The notes: generated from the sequence alone by a model not told the origin. DNA of 64,000 bases from Pseudomonadota bacterium (GCA_017464085.1 JAFUEE010000104.1:16226-80225); one strand, 5' to 3'; counted from the first letter of the stretch, positions 1 to 9,314 are shown. Made by a program: numbers and translations.

Positions 1-203
1 GTTTTCCCTTTGGTGTGATCATATTCATAAAAGCGCCTTTTGATTTTGATCTTGAAATACAAAACGCTGCAAGCCCGCGATGTTCATGGTCATTCTAAGA
101 AATATAGGCCATGCCTGGGAGGCTTGAACGCTGTGATGATCGCGATGCCATCACAAAATCATCAAATTATAATGATTTTGTATTCCTGACAATCGGTAAC
201 AAA

Positions 204-252
204 AAAGCCCGCTGTCTTCGCATATCAAATGTGGGAGAGCGGGCTTTTGGTG
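204..252 (-). terminator. Putative intrinsic terminator: hairpin GCCCGCT...AGCGGGC flanked by A-run and T-run, downstream of the LysM multidomain gene
   Basis: Inverted repeat gcccgct/agcgggc with A6 upstream and T4 downstream on the + strand, i.e. a T-run follows the hairpin on the minus strand, immediately 3' of the gene ending at 273. Confidence 0.45.
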
Positions 253-272
253 TGGTTATTTACGGCTTGGCA

Positions 273-3191
273 TTACCAGTTGCTCTGTAGGAAGCTGACA
301 ATATTTTTGTATGTAGAAACAGAATAATGCAGGCCGTCAGAGGTCTCGAAGCCGTTGTCTTTCATATAGCTGTAGAGATCGATGACACGCGCGCCTTCGA
401 CGCTGGCGATCTTGTTGTTGAAGTCGACAATCTGTGATTCGGTGACTTTATAACCTTTTTCTTTTGCTTTTGCTTCGTTGATGGGGCCGACATTGACGAT
501 GGTGAGCGAGATGCCGGAATTCATGAGGTCAGTGTATTTTTTGATATAGCTTTCGGCATTGCCGAGGTCGTTGACGCCAAGCAGGATGACATAACTGGTG
601 AGACCAGATTGTTTGGCCTGCGGGAGAGCGTTATTGACTAGCCAGGAATAGCCTTTTCCGACTTCGGCGATGATCTGTCCGGCGGAGAGTCCGCCAAAAG
701 CCTGGAGGCCGACGGTACGGCTGTCGCCGATGACGACGAGTTTGCTTGGATCGGTCGCTGGTTTTTCTTCAGAATTCTGAGCGGGCGCTTCGTTTGCCTG
801 AGCCTGAGCGGGTTCTGCAGAGGCGACAGTGCTTGTGGCTGCCGCAGCGGGTGTGGCGTTGACATCTTCAAAAGTGGCCGCGAGTGCGCCGACACGTTTC
901 AGATTGCTCCGTTCATTGGTGAGCGCCCAGTTGCGCCAGCCCTGCTGGAGGTTGGAAGCGGAGCCTTCTGTATCGGAGAACATGGCGCGGCCCATGCCTG
1001 AATATTTGAACGCATCGCCATAAGCTTTTGGGGCATCGTCGATGGCCGCTTCGAATTCCTTGCGTCTGAGGGAATCCCAGCCGCCGTACATGCCGCAGAT
1101 ATCTTTGTAGTAGAGTTTGAGCCTGGAGACCAGCGTCGTGTAAGCTGCAGATGAATAATTGTCGCCCCAGATGCGAGCGGCTTCCTGTTTGATCCATGTT
1201 TCAGGCATGAGAGCGTCAAACATGTCAGTCGCTTGACCTTGACCATCATAGTATCTGGCATACGAATTTTCTGTGGCGTGTCCGGCGGTTTCATGACCAT
1301 AGACGCGAGCTTCGTCGCCTAGGGATTCGGCCATGGATTTGGCAAAGTTTTCTTCGCCTTTTGCAGTGTTGCATGCATAGAGCTGAACACGGACATCGCC
1401 GCGCAGGGAGCCGCGAATCTCATTGACAAAAGCGTCCACGCTTTGAGAGCCCAGGCTTCCGCGCGGGAAGTTCAGAGAATCCTGCGAGCCGTGATAATAG
1501 AGGCTGAGGTTTTTGATCTTGAGGTGTTCTGGTTCCGCTTCGGCTGATTCGGGTTTGGATTGCGCATATCTGTCGTGCAGGTTTTTATAGACGGTGTTTG
1601 TGAGATTTTTGGCGGCATCAGAAGAGTTCGCCATCATGGCGCTGCCCAGGCTCAGCGCGGTATCGACGGTTTTCGTGGATTTGGCGACACCAGTCGCGAG
1701 GTTGGCAAACTCACGGTTGTTGTTGTTATTATTGTACCCAGCATTGCCGTAGCTGTCTTTTTGTGTGCCGCCATAGAGGGATACCGTGATGCCATTGGGA
1801 TGTGCTTTCTGGATTTCGTTGACTGTATTGTCAGATGTCTCGACATAGCCGGAGGCTTTGGGCTTGTTGTCTGCGACAGGTTCCGGATCGTTTGCGAGCG
1901 AGTTCCCGGCAGGTTCGTTTCCAGCAACGGCAGGTTCATTTCCAGCAGGTTCATTTCCAGCAGGTGTTTCGACTGGAGCCGAGATAAGGGGGGATATTGC
2001 AGGCGCAGCGGGTTCTTGCTGGACTGGCTGTTCAGTTTTGGGTTTGGCAGTGATATTGCCATAGGTTTGGAAGTAAATCTTCGCGACGCCGCCGCGCAAT
2101 CTGCCCATGGCTTCCATGTTGTCCGGCTTTTCAAAATTGACGCACCATTTGTAGGCGGCGTCATATGCGCCCTGCTCGGTGTTTGGCGCGTTTTTCATGG
2201 CATTGAGCACGCCGGTATAGCCTTCAGAGAGCTCGCTTGCCAGGAATTCGAGCTGGCCGGGAATGGAGTTGAGGTCATAGCCGTGAGTCTCGCAGAAATC
2301 GATGAGATTTTGCATTCTGTTGTCGTGCCACTGGCAGAGGCCGTAACTCGTGCCGTTGTCGCCGACGCATGTCGTATCGAAGTTGGATTCGCTCTGGATG
2401 TTGGCCAGAACGCCGCAAGCGCCTGCATTGCTCATGCCGAGGTTTGAGACGATATATGAGAAGATCGAATTCTTGTTTGCAAATACCGCTCTTGGCTTGT
2501 CCAGATCGATATCCGCTCTCCGGTTTGTAATGAGGTCGTCGATTTCGACGGAGTAGATGGATCTGGCAAACTGATAAGGATTGTTCGAATTTGAATAGAA
2601 GTAATTGATGAGATCCTGATTGGTTGTAAAGTCGGGATGTTCTTCCAGGAGTTGCTCAAGCGGGCTCTTCGTGGGCAGGTCGAGTTCGCCTTCAGGGGCG
2701 TTTGATTGCGCGGGCGCGTTTGCTGGGGCGTTGTTTGATTGCGCGGGCGCTTCAGCCGGGGCGTTGTTTGCCTGAGCCGGCGCTTCAGCCGGGGCGTTGT
2801 TTGCCTGAGCTGGCGCTTCAGCCGGGGCGTTGTTTGCCTGAGCCGGCGCTTGCACGGGGGCATCTGCGGTCGCATTGTTGGCCTGGGCGGAATCGTTGAG
2901 TCTGGGGATGTTGAGCATGTCACCCGGATGGATGACAGATTTCGGGGTCATGCCGTTGTATTCGGCGAGGAACTTGTAACCGCCTGGGACGTTGAACTTT
3001 TCGGCGATGGCCCAGAAGCTGTCGCCTGTTTTTACCTTATAGACCTCTGCAGTGACGTACTGCGGGGCATTTTGGGTCATCTGTTCGTCTTTTGCTGAAG
3101 CTTTTGAGGCATTTGCAGAAGCCTGCTGCGCGCCCTGATTGGACACATCCGCTTCGGCTGCTCGCTGGGTCTTGACTGATACGGCTGGCAT
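273..3191 (-). CDS. Multidomain peptidoglycan-targeting protein: N-terminal LysM, 11-aa tandem repeats, phage-tail-type lysozyme-like domain, unknown central region, C-terminal SGNH/GDSL hydrolase; no signal peptide
   Basis: Long ORF with a GGAGG RBS 5 nt before the ATG at 3191, so the protein starts MPAVSV. A LysM-like segment (YKVKTGDSFWAIAEKF...HPGDMLNIP) is followed by NNAPAEAPAQA repeats. The motif ANIQSESNFD...GLCQW resembles the phage tail lysozyme family. The C-terminus has a GDS block (VVIGDSRT), GVNDL, and a DGLHYS-like SGNH signature. Confidence 0.75.
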   Translation of the reverse strand: MPAVSVKTQRAAEADVSNQGAQQASANASKASAKDEQMTQNAPQYVTAEVYKVKTGDSFWAIAEKFNVPGGYKFLAEYNGMTPKSVIHPGDMLNIPRLNDSAQANNATADAPVQAPAQANNAPAEAPAQANNAPAEAPAQANNAPAEAPAQSNNAPANAPAQSNAPEGELDLPTKSPLEQLLEEHPDFTTNQDLINYFYSNSNNPYQFARSIYSVEIDDLITNRRADIDLDKPRAVFANKNSIFSYIVSNLGMSNAGACGVLANIQSESNFDTTCVGDNGTSYGLCQWHDNRMQNLIDFCETHGYDLNSIPGQLEFLASELSEGYTGVLNAMKNAPNTEQGAYDAAYKWCVNFEKPDNMEAMGRLRGGVAKIYFQTYGNITAKPKTEQPVQQEPAAPAISPLISAPVETPAGNEPAGNEPAVAGNEPAGNSLANDPEPVADNKPKASGYVETSDNTVNEIQKAHPNGITVSLYGGTQKDSYGNAGYNNNNNNREFANLATGVAKSTKTVDTALSLGSAMMANSSDAAKNLTNTVYKNLHDRYAQSKPESAEAEPEHLKIKNLSLYYHGSQDSLNFPRGSLGSQSVDAFVNEIRGSLRGDVRVQLYACNTAKGEENFAKSMAESLGDEARVYGHETAGHATENSYARYYDGQGQATDMFDALMPETWIKQEAARIWGDNYSSAAYTTLVSRLKLYYKDICGMYGGWDSLRRKEFEAAIDDAPKAYGDAFKYSGMGRAMFSDTEGSASNLQQGWRNWALTNERSNLKRVGALAATFEDVNATPAAAATSTVASAEPAQAQANEAPAQNSEEKPATDPSKLVVIGDSRTVGLQAFGGLSAGQIIAEVGKGYSWLVNNALPQAKQSGLTSYVILLGVNDLGNAESYIKKYTDLMNSGISLTIVNVGPINEAKAKEKGYKVTESQIVDFNNKIASVEGARVIDLYSYMKDNGFETSDGLHYSVSTYKNIVSFLQSNW
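2701..2865 (-). repeat. In-frame 33-bp coding tandem repeat, about 5 copies, encoding NNAPAEAPAQA
   Basis: Direct repeats of gcgcttcagccggggcgttgtttgcctgagccg are visible in the sequence; the translation gives repeated NNAPAEAPAQA units. Confidence 0.85.
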
Positions 3192-3515
3192 AAAATCCTC
3201 CAAGGTTAAAGTTTAATCGAATCACTGTAAGCGCTACCATTATTTATTATACACAGAATGCGATTTGATGACCAAATAATTTTCATGAATGTCCTGAATT
3301 TATCGTGCGCTCTCTGCGATTAAAGATTTTGTTCTGAGCGCGAATTTTTGGGAGGGGGAAGACTCCCCCTGCGCGGCTATTTCTGCGAAATACGCCGCTA
3401 CCCCCTCGTCGAATCGCAAAGCGCCTTTTCACAATGTTGTGCGGTCAATTTTGTGATTTGCCATCTAATGCTATAAGAGACTTGCCAGGTGAACTTGTGT
3501 GAGAGGGAGGTGAAG
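3192..3515. promoter_or_regulatory. Divergent intergenic promoter region between the LysM-lysozyme gene (-) and the nucleotidyltransferase gene (+); contains REP-like element A1
   Basis: 324-bp non-coding gap between divergently oriented genes. It contains AT-richer stretches (ttgtgatttgccatctaatgctataag) upstream of the + gene. Confidence 0.35.
3352..3410 (+). repeat. REP-like palindromic element, subfamily A copy A1 (GGGGGAAGACTCCCCC-TGCGCGGC-TAT-hairpin-ATA-CGCCGC-TACCCCCTCG)
   Basis: Near-identical copies lie at 9051..9107 (inverted), 22851..22911, 50107..50162 and 4522..4608. The internal hairpin is tatttctgcgaaata. Confidence 0.8.
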
Positions 3516-4520
3516 ATGGCAAAGACAGGCGGTATTTTATTGTGCGCAGGTTTCGGGTCGCGTCTTGCGCCGCTGACGGAGGTCGTGCCCAAGCCGGCGA
3601 TCCCGTTCTGCGGCGTGCCGATGGCGCATTATGCGCGCGCGGCGCTGGAGCGGGCGGGCGTGGCTGAGATGGGGATGAACGTGCATCATCTGCCGGAGCG
3701 CATGATCGAGGCGATGGATGGCGGCCGCTGGATGGATCGCGCGCGGGAAATGCACATATCCCGAGAGGAAGGCGGTATATTGGGCACGGGCGGCGGTGCT
3801 GCAAGGCTCGCAGGGATGATGCCGGACTGCGACCGTTTTGTGATCTATCACGGGGACGTGCTCTGCGGCGCGGACATTTCTGAGGCGCTTGAATCACATA
3901 TTGCGTCGGGCGCGAAAGTGTCGCTCGTCGTGCTTCCGCGTCCGGAAGCGGTCAGGGAGAACGTCAGGCAGTCGCTCGGCATGATCGGCGTCGTGGATCA
4001 TGAGATCGTCTGTATCCGGGACTGGTATAAAAATGACTGTATCATCGAGTTTTCCCCGCGCTGTTTTAGCGGGATACATATTGTGGAGCGCGGCGTGCTG
4101 GAGGCGATCGCGGATCGGGGCAGCGTCTGTCTGGTGACCGAGGTTTACCGGGAGATGCTTGACCGGGGGGAGGCAATCCACGCCTGCGAGCCGTCCGGTG
4201 CTGTATATTTTGCGGATGTGGGAACGCCGGCAACTTATCTGTCGGCACAGCGCGCGTGCCTGAGAAGCCGTGAATATGGCGACGGTCCGGGGCTGCCTGT
4301 CTTGTGCGAAGGAAAGACGCTGTATGACCGCGGGGACCCGAGCGTATCATTCGGCGCGGTGAATATCGGCGATCAAGTCAGGATAGAGGGCAATGTATGC
4401 CTCAACCCGGGGGCGTCAGTTTCAGGCGATGTGTCCTTGCAGGATGAGATGGTGTGCGCGGAAGGCGGCATCAAGCCGGACGGCGCCTGGATATGCGGTG
4501 GAGCGGCACGTGCGCGATGA
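3516..4520 (+). CDS. Sugar-1-phosphate nucleotidyltransferase (NTP-transferase domain plus C-terminal left-handed beta-helix)
   Basis: RBS GGGAGG 5 nt upstream of ATG 3516. The N-terminal motif GGILLCAGFGSRLAPLT is a variant of G-x-G-x-R-L. The C-terminus has hexapeptide-like repeats (VRIEGNVCLNPGASVSGDVSL). Confidence 0.8.
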   Translation: MAKTGGILLCAGFGSRLAPLTEVVPKPAIPFCGVPMAHYARAALERAGVAEMGMNVHHLPERMIEAMDGGRWMDRAREMHISREEGGILGTGGGAARLAGMMPDCDRFVIYHGDVLCGADISEALESHIASGAKVSLVVLPRPEAVRENVRQSLGMIGVVDHEIVCIRDWYKNDCIIEFSPRCFSGIHIVERGVLEAIADRGSVCLVTEVYREMLDRGEAIHACEPSGAVYFADVGTPATYLSAQRACLRSREYGDGPGLPVLCEGKTLYDRGDPSVSFGAVNIGDQVRIEGNVCLNPGASVSGDVSLQDEMVCAEGGIKPDGAWICGGAARAR

Positions 4521-4521
4521 G

Positions 4522-4608
4522 CGCGGCGTATTTGCAACGCCAAATAGCCGCGCGGGGGTAGCGGCGTATTTGCAACGCCAAATAGCCGCGCAGGGGGCGT
4601 TGCCCCCT
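4522..4608 (-). repeat. REP-like element subfamily A, about 1.5 tandem copies (A2), abutting the stop codon of the nucleotidyltransferase gene
   Basis: gcggcgtatttgcaacgccaaatagccgcgc occurs twice, followed by gggggcgttgccccc; it lies between convergent genes. Confidence 0.75.
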
Positions 4609-4652
4609 GAAACAAAAACAGCTTGTAGTGTCTGCGAGTCGCCGACTGGGTG

Positions 4653-5495
4653 TTATTTTTCGAGTGCTTCTTCGAGCATGCTGACGAGCGATTCGACATC
4701 GAAGGTGCTCTGAATTTTGTGGCCGTTGAGGAAGAAGGTCGGCGTGGATTCGACGCCGTTCGTGAGGCCTTCCTTTTTGGCATCGACGACTGAGGCGCGC
4801 ACGGCGGCATCGCGCATGAGCGCGTCGAATTTTTGAGGGTCGGCGCCGATGCTTGCGGCCCATTCGTTCATTCTTTCGAGGGAGAAATCGTCAAAATTCT
4901 CGTAGGACTTGAGGAGGTAGGGCCACGCGAGGCCGAGTTTTGCAGCGGCTTCGACGGCGATGGCGGCCTGGCTTGAATTTTCGTGTGATTTGATCGGGAA
5001 GAGCCGGAGATTGACGGCAATCTTGTCTTTGAACGATGAGTTTTCGAGCGCGTGAATGAGCTTAGGGACGTGTTTCGAGCAGTAAGGGCAGCGTCCGCAT
5101 AGATAGACGGAGAGGACGACTTTTGCATTTGGATTTCCCCAGACGTGTTCGGGAGAAAGGGAGATTTTTGCGGGCGGCAGGATGGAGGCCATGACGAGTG
5201 CGCGCTGATCCAGCGCGTGCTTGATTTCTTCGGTTGTTTTTCCGGATTTAGCGAGCCTGCATGTTTCGTCCGCGAGGCGGCTCGCGAGTTTGCAGGGCTT
5301 TGCGGCCTGGAGGCATTTTTCGATTGTGTCGTCGCAGCAGTCATAGGGGTAGGCGGAGCGCATGACGCTCTGTGCCGTCGCTTTGGCATCTCCCGCGAGG
5401 GCATCGCATGCGGCAGTCTGGGCGACTGCTTGCGCGGAGAAGAGCATTGAGGCGGCGATTATCAAAGAGTTCAGGGATTTCATAGGCTTCACCAT
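4653..5495 (-). CDS. DsbA-family thiol:disulfide oxidoreductase (thioredoxin fold, CPYC active site) with signal peptide and a Cys-rich N-terminal extension
   Basis: N-terminus MKSLNSLIIAASMLFSAQAVA is signal-like. The CxxC motif sits within VYLCGRCPYCSKHVPKL. The C-terminus TPTFFLNGHKI is typical of DsbA-like proteins. An alternative start is at 5483. Confidence 0.75.
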   Translation of the reverse strand: MVKPMKSLNSLIIAASMLFSAQAVAQTAACDALAGDAKATAQSVMRSAYPYDCCDDTIEKCLQAAKPCKLASRLADETCRLAKSGKTTEEIKHALDQRALVMASILPPAKISLSPEHVWGNPNAKVVLSVYLCGRCPYCSKHVPKLIHALENSSFKDKIAVNLRLFPIKSHENSSQAAIAVEAAAKLGLAWPYLLKSYENFDDFSLERMNEWAASIGADPQKFDALMRDAAVRASVVDAKKEGLTNGVESTPTFFLNGHKIQSTFDVESLVSMLEEALEK

Positions 5496-5558
5496 CTGTG
5501 TCGGGGTATTGCCCGGAAAGTCAGGGCGATCAGATATTTAGCGAATCAGCGTGAAAAA

Positions 5559-8015
5559 TCAATTCTGGAGACAGGAAGAGGAGCGCTGCATGTCTTCGTC
5601 CTGCTGAATGATGTCGCGGATGCGGTCTGAGGCGCTCTGTCCGTCGAAGTCCCAAGGGAGTTCGTAGAAGGTGTCGGGTTTGCTGGCGGGATCATAGAAG
5701 TCGAGGTCGCCGGTCCATCGGACGGAGATCATGCCTCTGTAATCGTCGTAAGCGTAGTCAGGCGCGGTGCTCCAGCGTCTGCTGGCCTTGAACTGTGCGC
5801 CGACGCGGACGCCTGCCCAGGCAGGTGACCAGATCTGGAATGCGCCACGCGCAGTCGTGTCGCGCCGGAGGTCGCCGGATGTGAAATAATTCTGTGATTT
5901 TCCGTAATCGTCGTAGGATGCGGCGCCGCTGAGACGAAAAAGGATGTCGCGTTTGGGGATGCGGTAGTCGAGCGCGAGGCTGATGTTCGCGCCGTTGAGG
6001 TCGTACATGTCGCCGACGGAGAACCAGTGCCGGTAGGAAGCGCCCCAGGTGAGCGAGAGCCCTGCATAAAGGCTGTGCCTGCCGCCTGCGCCGATGTCGA
6101 GCTCATCCCTTGTGCGCACGCGTTGCCGAAAGGTCCTGTGGCCGTATCCGGCGAAGATATAGAGCCATTTGTGGATTTCCAGGTCAGCTTCGAGCCTGTG
6201 GCTTGTATAGAACATCAGGGGGCCGTTGTCGTATTTGTCATTTCCGAAGATGTAGAGCATTTCGGGGCGGTAGTAGGCGCCGAACTTGACTGGATCGAGC
6301 TGGAGGACGGTCCCGAGCCGCATAGATGTGTCGAGATAGCTGGAATCGGCGGCGTCTTTAGAGGTGAGCAGCTGTCCGGTGATCTGTCCTTCGAGGACAA
6401 TGCGCGCGAAAGCGGGGCTCCATGGATCGAGCCCGATGCGGAGATCGCCGTCCAGGAAGGGGCTTCCGAGAGATTTGTTCGTGAGCCTGGGATCGCTTGG
6501 GGAGCCGCTGAGCGCATTGGATGCATAGCCGCCGTCGATTTCGGCTTTCCAGGTAAAATTTGGGTCAGCGGAGAGGCCGTTGATCGAGCGCAGTGATTTG
6601 AGCGCCTGTTTGTCAGCGCGTGAAAGCTCGGGGGAAGCGTAGGCATTCTGGAGATGCCCGAGCGCGCTGTCTTTGTCGCTGCGCGCCATGTCGTTGAATG
6701 CGCGGACGAGCTCATGTTTGGCGGAATCTTTTGGCTGTTCGCACTGTGCGCCGTCGAGGATTCTGTCGGCTTCTTCGGGCATGGCCATCTGGATATAGGT
6801 CCATGCAGCCCATGCGCGCGTTTCGCAGTCTTGAGGATTCTGAGTGAGGAGCGCATTGAACGTTCTGAGCGCCCATGGATAGTTTTGCGCGCGCGCGTAT
6901 GCGATGCCGAGGGCGCGTTCGATTTCCGGGGAGCCGTCGCGGTTTTCCTTGAGGAGATCGACCGCGTCGCGCTGGAGGTCTGGGGAGTTCCAGAGCATCT
7001 GTGCTTCTTCGAGGGTCTGTAATCGTGCGGCCTCGAGCGCTTCAGGATCAGCGAGATTGAGCGAAGCGTCGGTCATGGTGTCGGTATCGCCATTGAGTTC
7101 CCATGCGAGCAGGATTTCGGAGCCGTCAAATATTCGGTCCTGCGGTGAGGCGTCCGTCTCAGGGAGGTTCTGGGACACGGGGACTTCCTCGATGAATTCG
7201 CCATCGCTGCAGCATCTGAAGCCGAGCGTGAGCGGCGTCCAGTTCATCGGGATATAGGTGCACTTGTGGTTGCCTTTGGTATCCGCGCAGTTGAACGCGC
7301 CGCCGCGGACTGTCATGCCGCTTCCGTTTGCGGTGTGTTCCCAGATGTTGCCGCTCAGGTCATAGACATCCCATGCGTTGACGCAGTCTTTGAAAGAGCC
7401 TGTGGGCATGAGGTGGAAGCCGTATCTGCCGTAAGTTTCGATGCCGTTGCAGGTCTGCGGATCATATTCATTTCCGTAAACATAGTCATAATTCTGTTCT
7501 CCGCGGCATGCATATTCCCATTCGGAGGGGGCGCATAGGCGTTTTCCAGCGGCATTGCAAGCGGCTTCAGCCGCGCTGTTGTTGTCTCCGATGTTCCAGG
7601 GCATGACGTTCGGGCGTGAGGTGGCGACGGAGCTGTCTGAGCCTGCGGAAGTCTCGGTCGCATCGGGCCGTGAGGCTTCATATTTGTCGATGCAGTAGGT
7701 GTCAGAGATTGCGGCCATGTCGTCCGGGCATGTGAAGACTTTGACGGGCGGTTTGGGATCTGGATTCGGATCAGGGTCGGGGTTCGGATCCGGTTCGGGT
7801 TTCGGATTGGGGTCGATGGTGCAGATGTGCGCCTGGCAGATGAAGTTTTTGCCGCAGTCTTGATCGATGATGCACCTGTACTGGCATTCGCCGAGTTCAT
7901 CGCAGAACATGGGGCTGATGCAGTCCTCATCGCGGTAACATCTCTGTTCGGGGCTGCAGGAAGCGAGCGTGGCAGCGCATAGTGTCAGGCTTATCAGATA
8001 GGGTGTCTTTGACAT
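5559..8015 (-). CDS. Lipoprotein with Cys-rich knot, PDPNPDP linker, FGE-sulfatase (SUMF1-like) domain, TPR-like helical region and a beta-strand-rich C-terminal domain
   Basis: Lipobox LASCS after a signal peptide. FGE hallmark segments are GNEYDPQTCNG, VYDLSGNIWEHT and RGGAFNC. The C-terminal 350 aa are rich in alternating aromatic, Gly, Arg and Asp residues, typical of a beta-barrel or beta-sandwich. Confidence 0.8.
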   Translation of the reverse strand: MSKTPYLISLTLCAATLASCSPEQRCYRDEDCISPMFCDELGECQYRCIIDQDCGKNFICQAHICTIDPNPKPEPDPNPDPDPNPDPKPPVKVFTCPDDMAAISDTYCIDKYEASRPDATETSAGSDSSVATSRPNVMPWNIGDNNSAAEAACNAAGKRLCAPSEWEYACRGEQNYDYVYGNEYDPQTCNGIETYGRYGFHLMPTGSFKDCVNAWDVYDLSGNIWEHTANGSGMTVRGGAFNCADTKGNHKCTYIPMNWTPLTLGFRCCSDGEFIEEVPVSQNLPETDASPQDRIFDGSEILLAWELNGDTDTMTDASLNLADPEALEAARLQTLEEAQMLWNSPDLQRDAVDLLKENRDGSPEIERALGIAYARAQNYPWALRTFNALLTQNPQDCETRAWAAWTYIQMAMPEEADRILDGAQCEQPKDSAKHELVRAFNDMARSDKDSALGHLQNAYASPELSRADKQALKSLRSINGLSADPNFTWKAEIDGGYASNALSGSPSDPRLTNKSLGSPFLDGDLRIGLDPWSPAFARIVLEGQITGQLLTSKDAADSSYLDTSMRLGTVLQLDPVKFGAYYRPEMLYIFGNDKYDNGPLMFYTSHRLEADLEIHKWLYIFAGYGHRTFRQRVRTRDELDIGAGGRHSLYAGLSLTWGASYRHWFSVGDMYDLNGANISLALDYRIPKRDILFRLSGAASYDDYGKSQNYFTSGDLRRDTTARGAFQIWSPAWAGVRVGAQFKASRRWSTAPDYAYDDYRGMISVRWTGDLDFYDPASKPDTFYELPWDFDGQSASDRIRDIIQQDEDMQRSSSCLQN

Positions 8016-8066
8016 GATTTCAACTGTTTTGGGGCGTATGTGATGCGAATTTTGGGGGAGAATAAA

Positions 8067-8903
8067 TCAGGCGTTCTGCACGGCCTGGATAAGCCTTGGC
8101 AGGAGCGGTTCAAATTTGACGCCGTACCAGTGCGCGTCATCGCCCTGAGTATGCTCGATGCATGCGACGGTGTAATCTGCGGCGATTTTGGCCGCATCGA
8201 ATGCGGACTTGCCTTGGAGGAGGGCGCCGACGAATGCGGATGCGTAGACATCGCCTGTGCCATGGCAGCCTTTGGCGATTTTGCGGTGTTCGTAATAGGA
8301 TGACTCCCCGTTTCCGACGACGACAACGCCTGTTTTGTCAGGGGCATAGCCGACGCCTGTGAGGATGACGTTTTTGGCGCCGCTTTTGAGGAGCGCTTTT
8401 GCCAGCGCGTCAATATAGTCGCGGTCGTAGTGCTCGCGGTATTCGATGCCGGTGAGGAAGCATGCCTCGGTGATGTTGGGGAGGATGAAATCCGCAGAGG
8501 AAGCGAGTTTTTTCATGGCCTCGACATAGGCGGTATCGAAAGCGGGGTATAGCTTGCCGTAATCGGCCATGGCGGGATCGACGATGACGGGGGCGTCTTT
8601 TTTGAGGAGTGTCCGTATGATGTCGAGCACGAGGTCGATCTGATGCGTGCTGCCGAGATAGCCGGTATAGATGGCGTCAAAGGTGATTTTTTCTTTGAGC
8701 CAGTGTGCGGCGATTGCGGGGATGTCATCCGTGAGGTCCCGGCATGTGAAGCCGGAAAATCCCGCAGTATGCGTGGACAGGACAGCGGAGGGGAGGATGG
8801 CAGTCTCGAGCCCGCAGGCGGACAGGATGGGGAGTGCGACAGTGAGCGAGCACTGTCCGACGCATGAGATATCTTGGATTGTCAGTATTTTGGCGTAGGG
8901 CAT
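8067..8903 (-). CDS. pdxK: Pyridoxal/pyridoxamine kinase (ribokinase superfamily)
   Basis: Motifs VDPAMAD and GTGD are present and the overall length is 278 aa. An RBS AGGAA lies 7 nt before ATG 8903. Confidence 0.85.
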   Translation of the reverse strand: MPYAKILTIQDISCVGQCSLTVALPILSACGLETAILPSAVLSTHTAGFSGFTCRDLTDDIPAIAAHWLKEKITFDAIYTGYLGSTHQIDLVLDIIRTLLKKDAPVIVDPAMADYGKLYPAFDTAYVEAMKKLASSADFILPNITEACFLTGIEYREHYDRDYIDALAKALLKSGAKNVILTGVGYAPDKTGVVVVGNGESSYYEHRKIAKGCHGTGDVYASAFVGALLQGKSAFDAAKIAADYTVACIEHTQGDDAHWYGVKFEPLLPRLIQAVQNA

Positions 8904-9314
8904 AGCGAAATTCCTGGAATTTTAATGATATGCATAGCTCTGAAAGCGTATCCAGAGCAGACCGGTTTTATTCCAAACAGGTATATGATTCAAGCATTCG
9001 CGCGCGGCATCCTGGACTATTGTGTGAGGTTTTATGAAATATGAAACGTCGAGGGGGTAGCGGCGTATTTCGCAGAAATAGCCGCGCAGGGGGAGTCTTC
9101 CCCCCCCATACAAAAAAGAAAAGTTATCAAGCGTAACCCGTGAAGGGCCGGCCGGAGCGAGTTTAAGTCCGTGAGATAAGGCGCTTGTGCGTGCAAGAAA
9201 ACTGAATGTTGTGAGTCGGTATGGGGCAATAAAAAATTGTTCGCTCTTGAATTATGATGGTTTGCGAGTAAAAGGGTGAGACGGAGTGCTGTTTATGGGC
9301 TGTCAGGAGGTGTT
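8904..9314. promoter_or_regulatory. Divergent promoter region between pdxK (-) and the Cys-rich lipoprotein gene (+); contains REP-like element A3
   Basis: 411-bp non-coding gap with AT-rich segments (ttgaattatgatggtttgcgagtaaaag). An AGGAGG RBS sits at 9305..9310. Confidence 0.35.
9051..9107 (-). repeat. REP-like element subfamily A copy A3 (reverse orientation)
   Basis: gagggggtagcggcgtatttcgcagaaatagccgcgcagggggagtcttccccc is the exact reverse complement of the A1 core. Confidence 0.85.

Noticed and set aside
273-3191. Prophage, based on the phage-tail-type lysozyme motif
   Set aside because: No capsid, portal, terminase, integrase or tail genes are present in the flanks. The motif is embedded in a LysM/SGNH multidomain bacterial protein.
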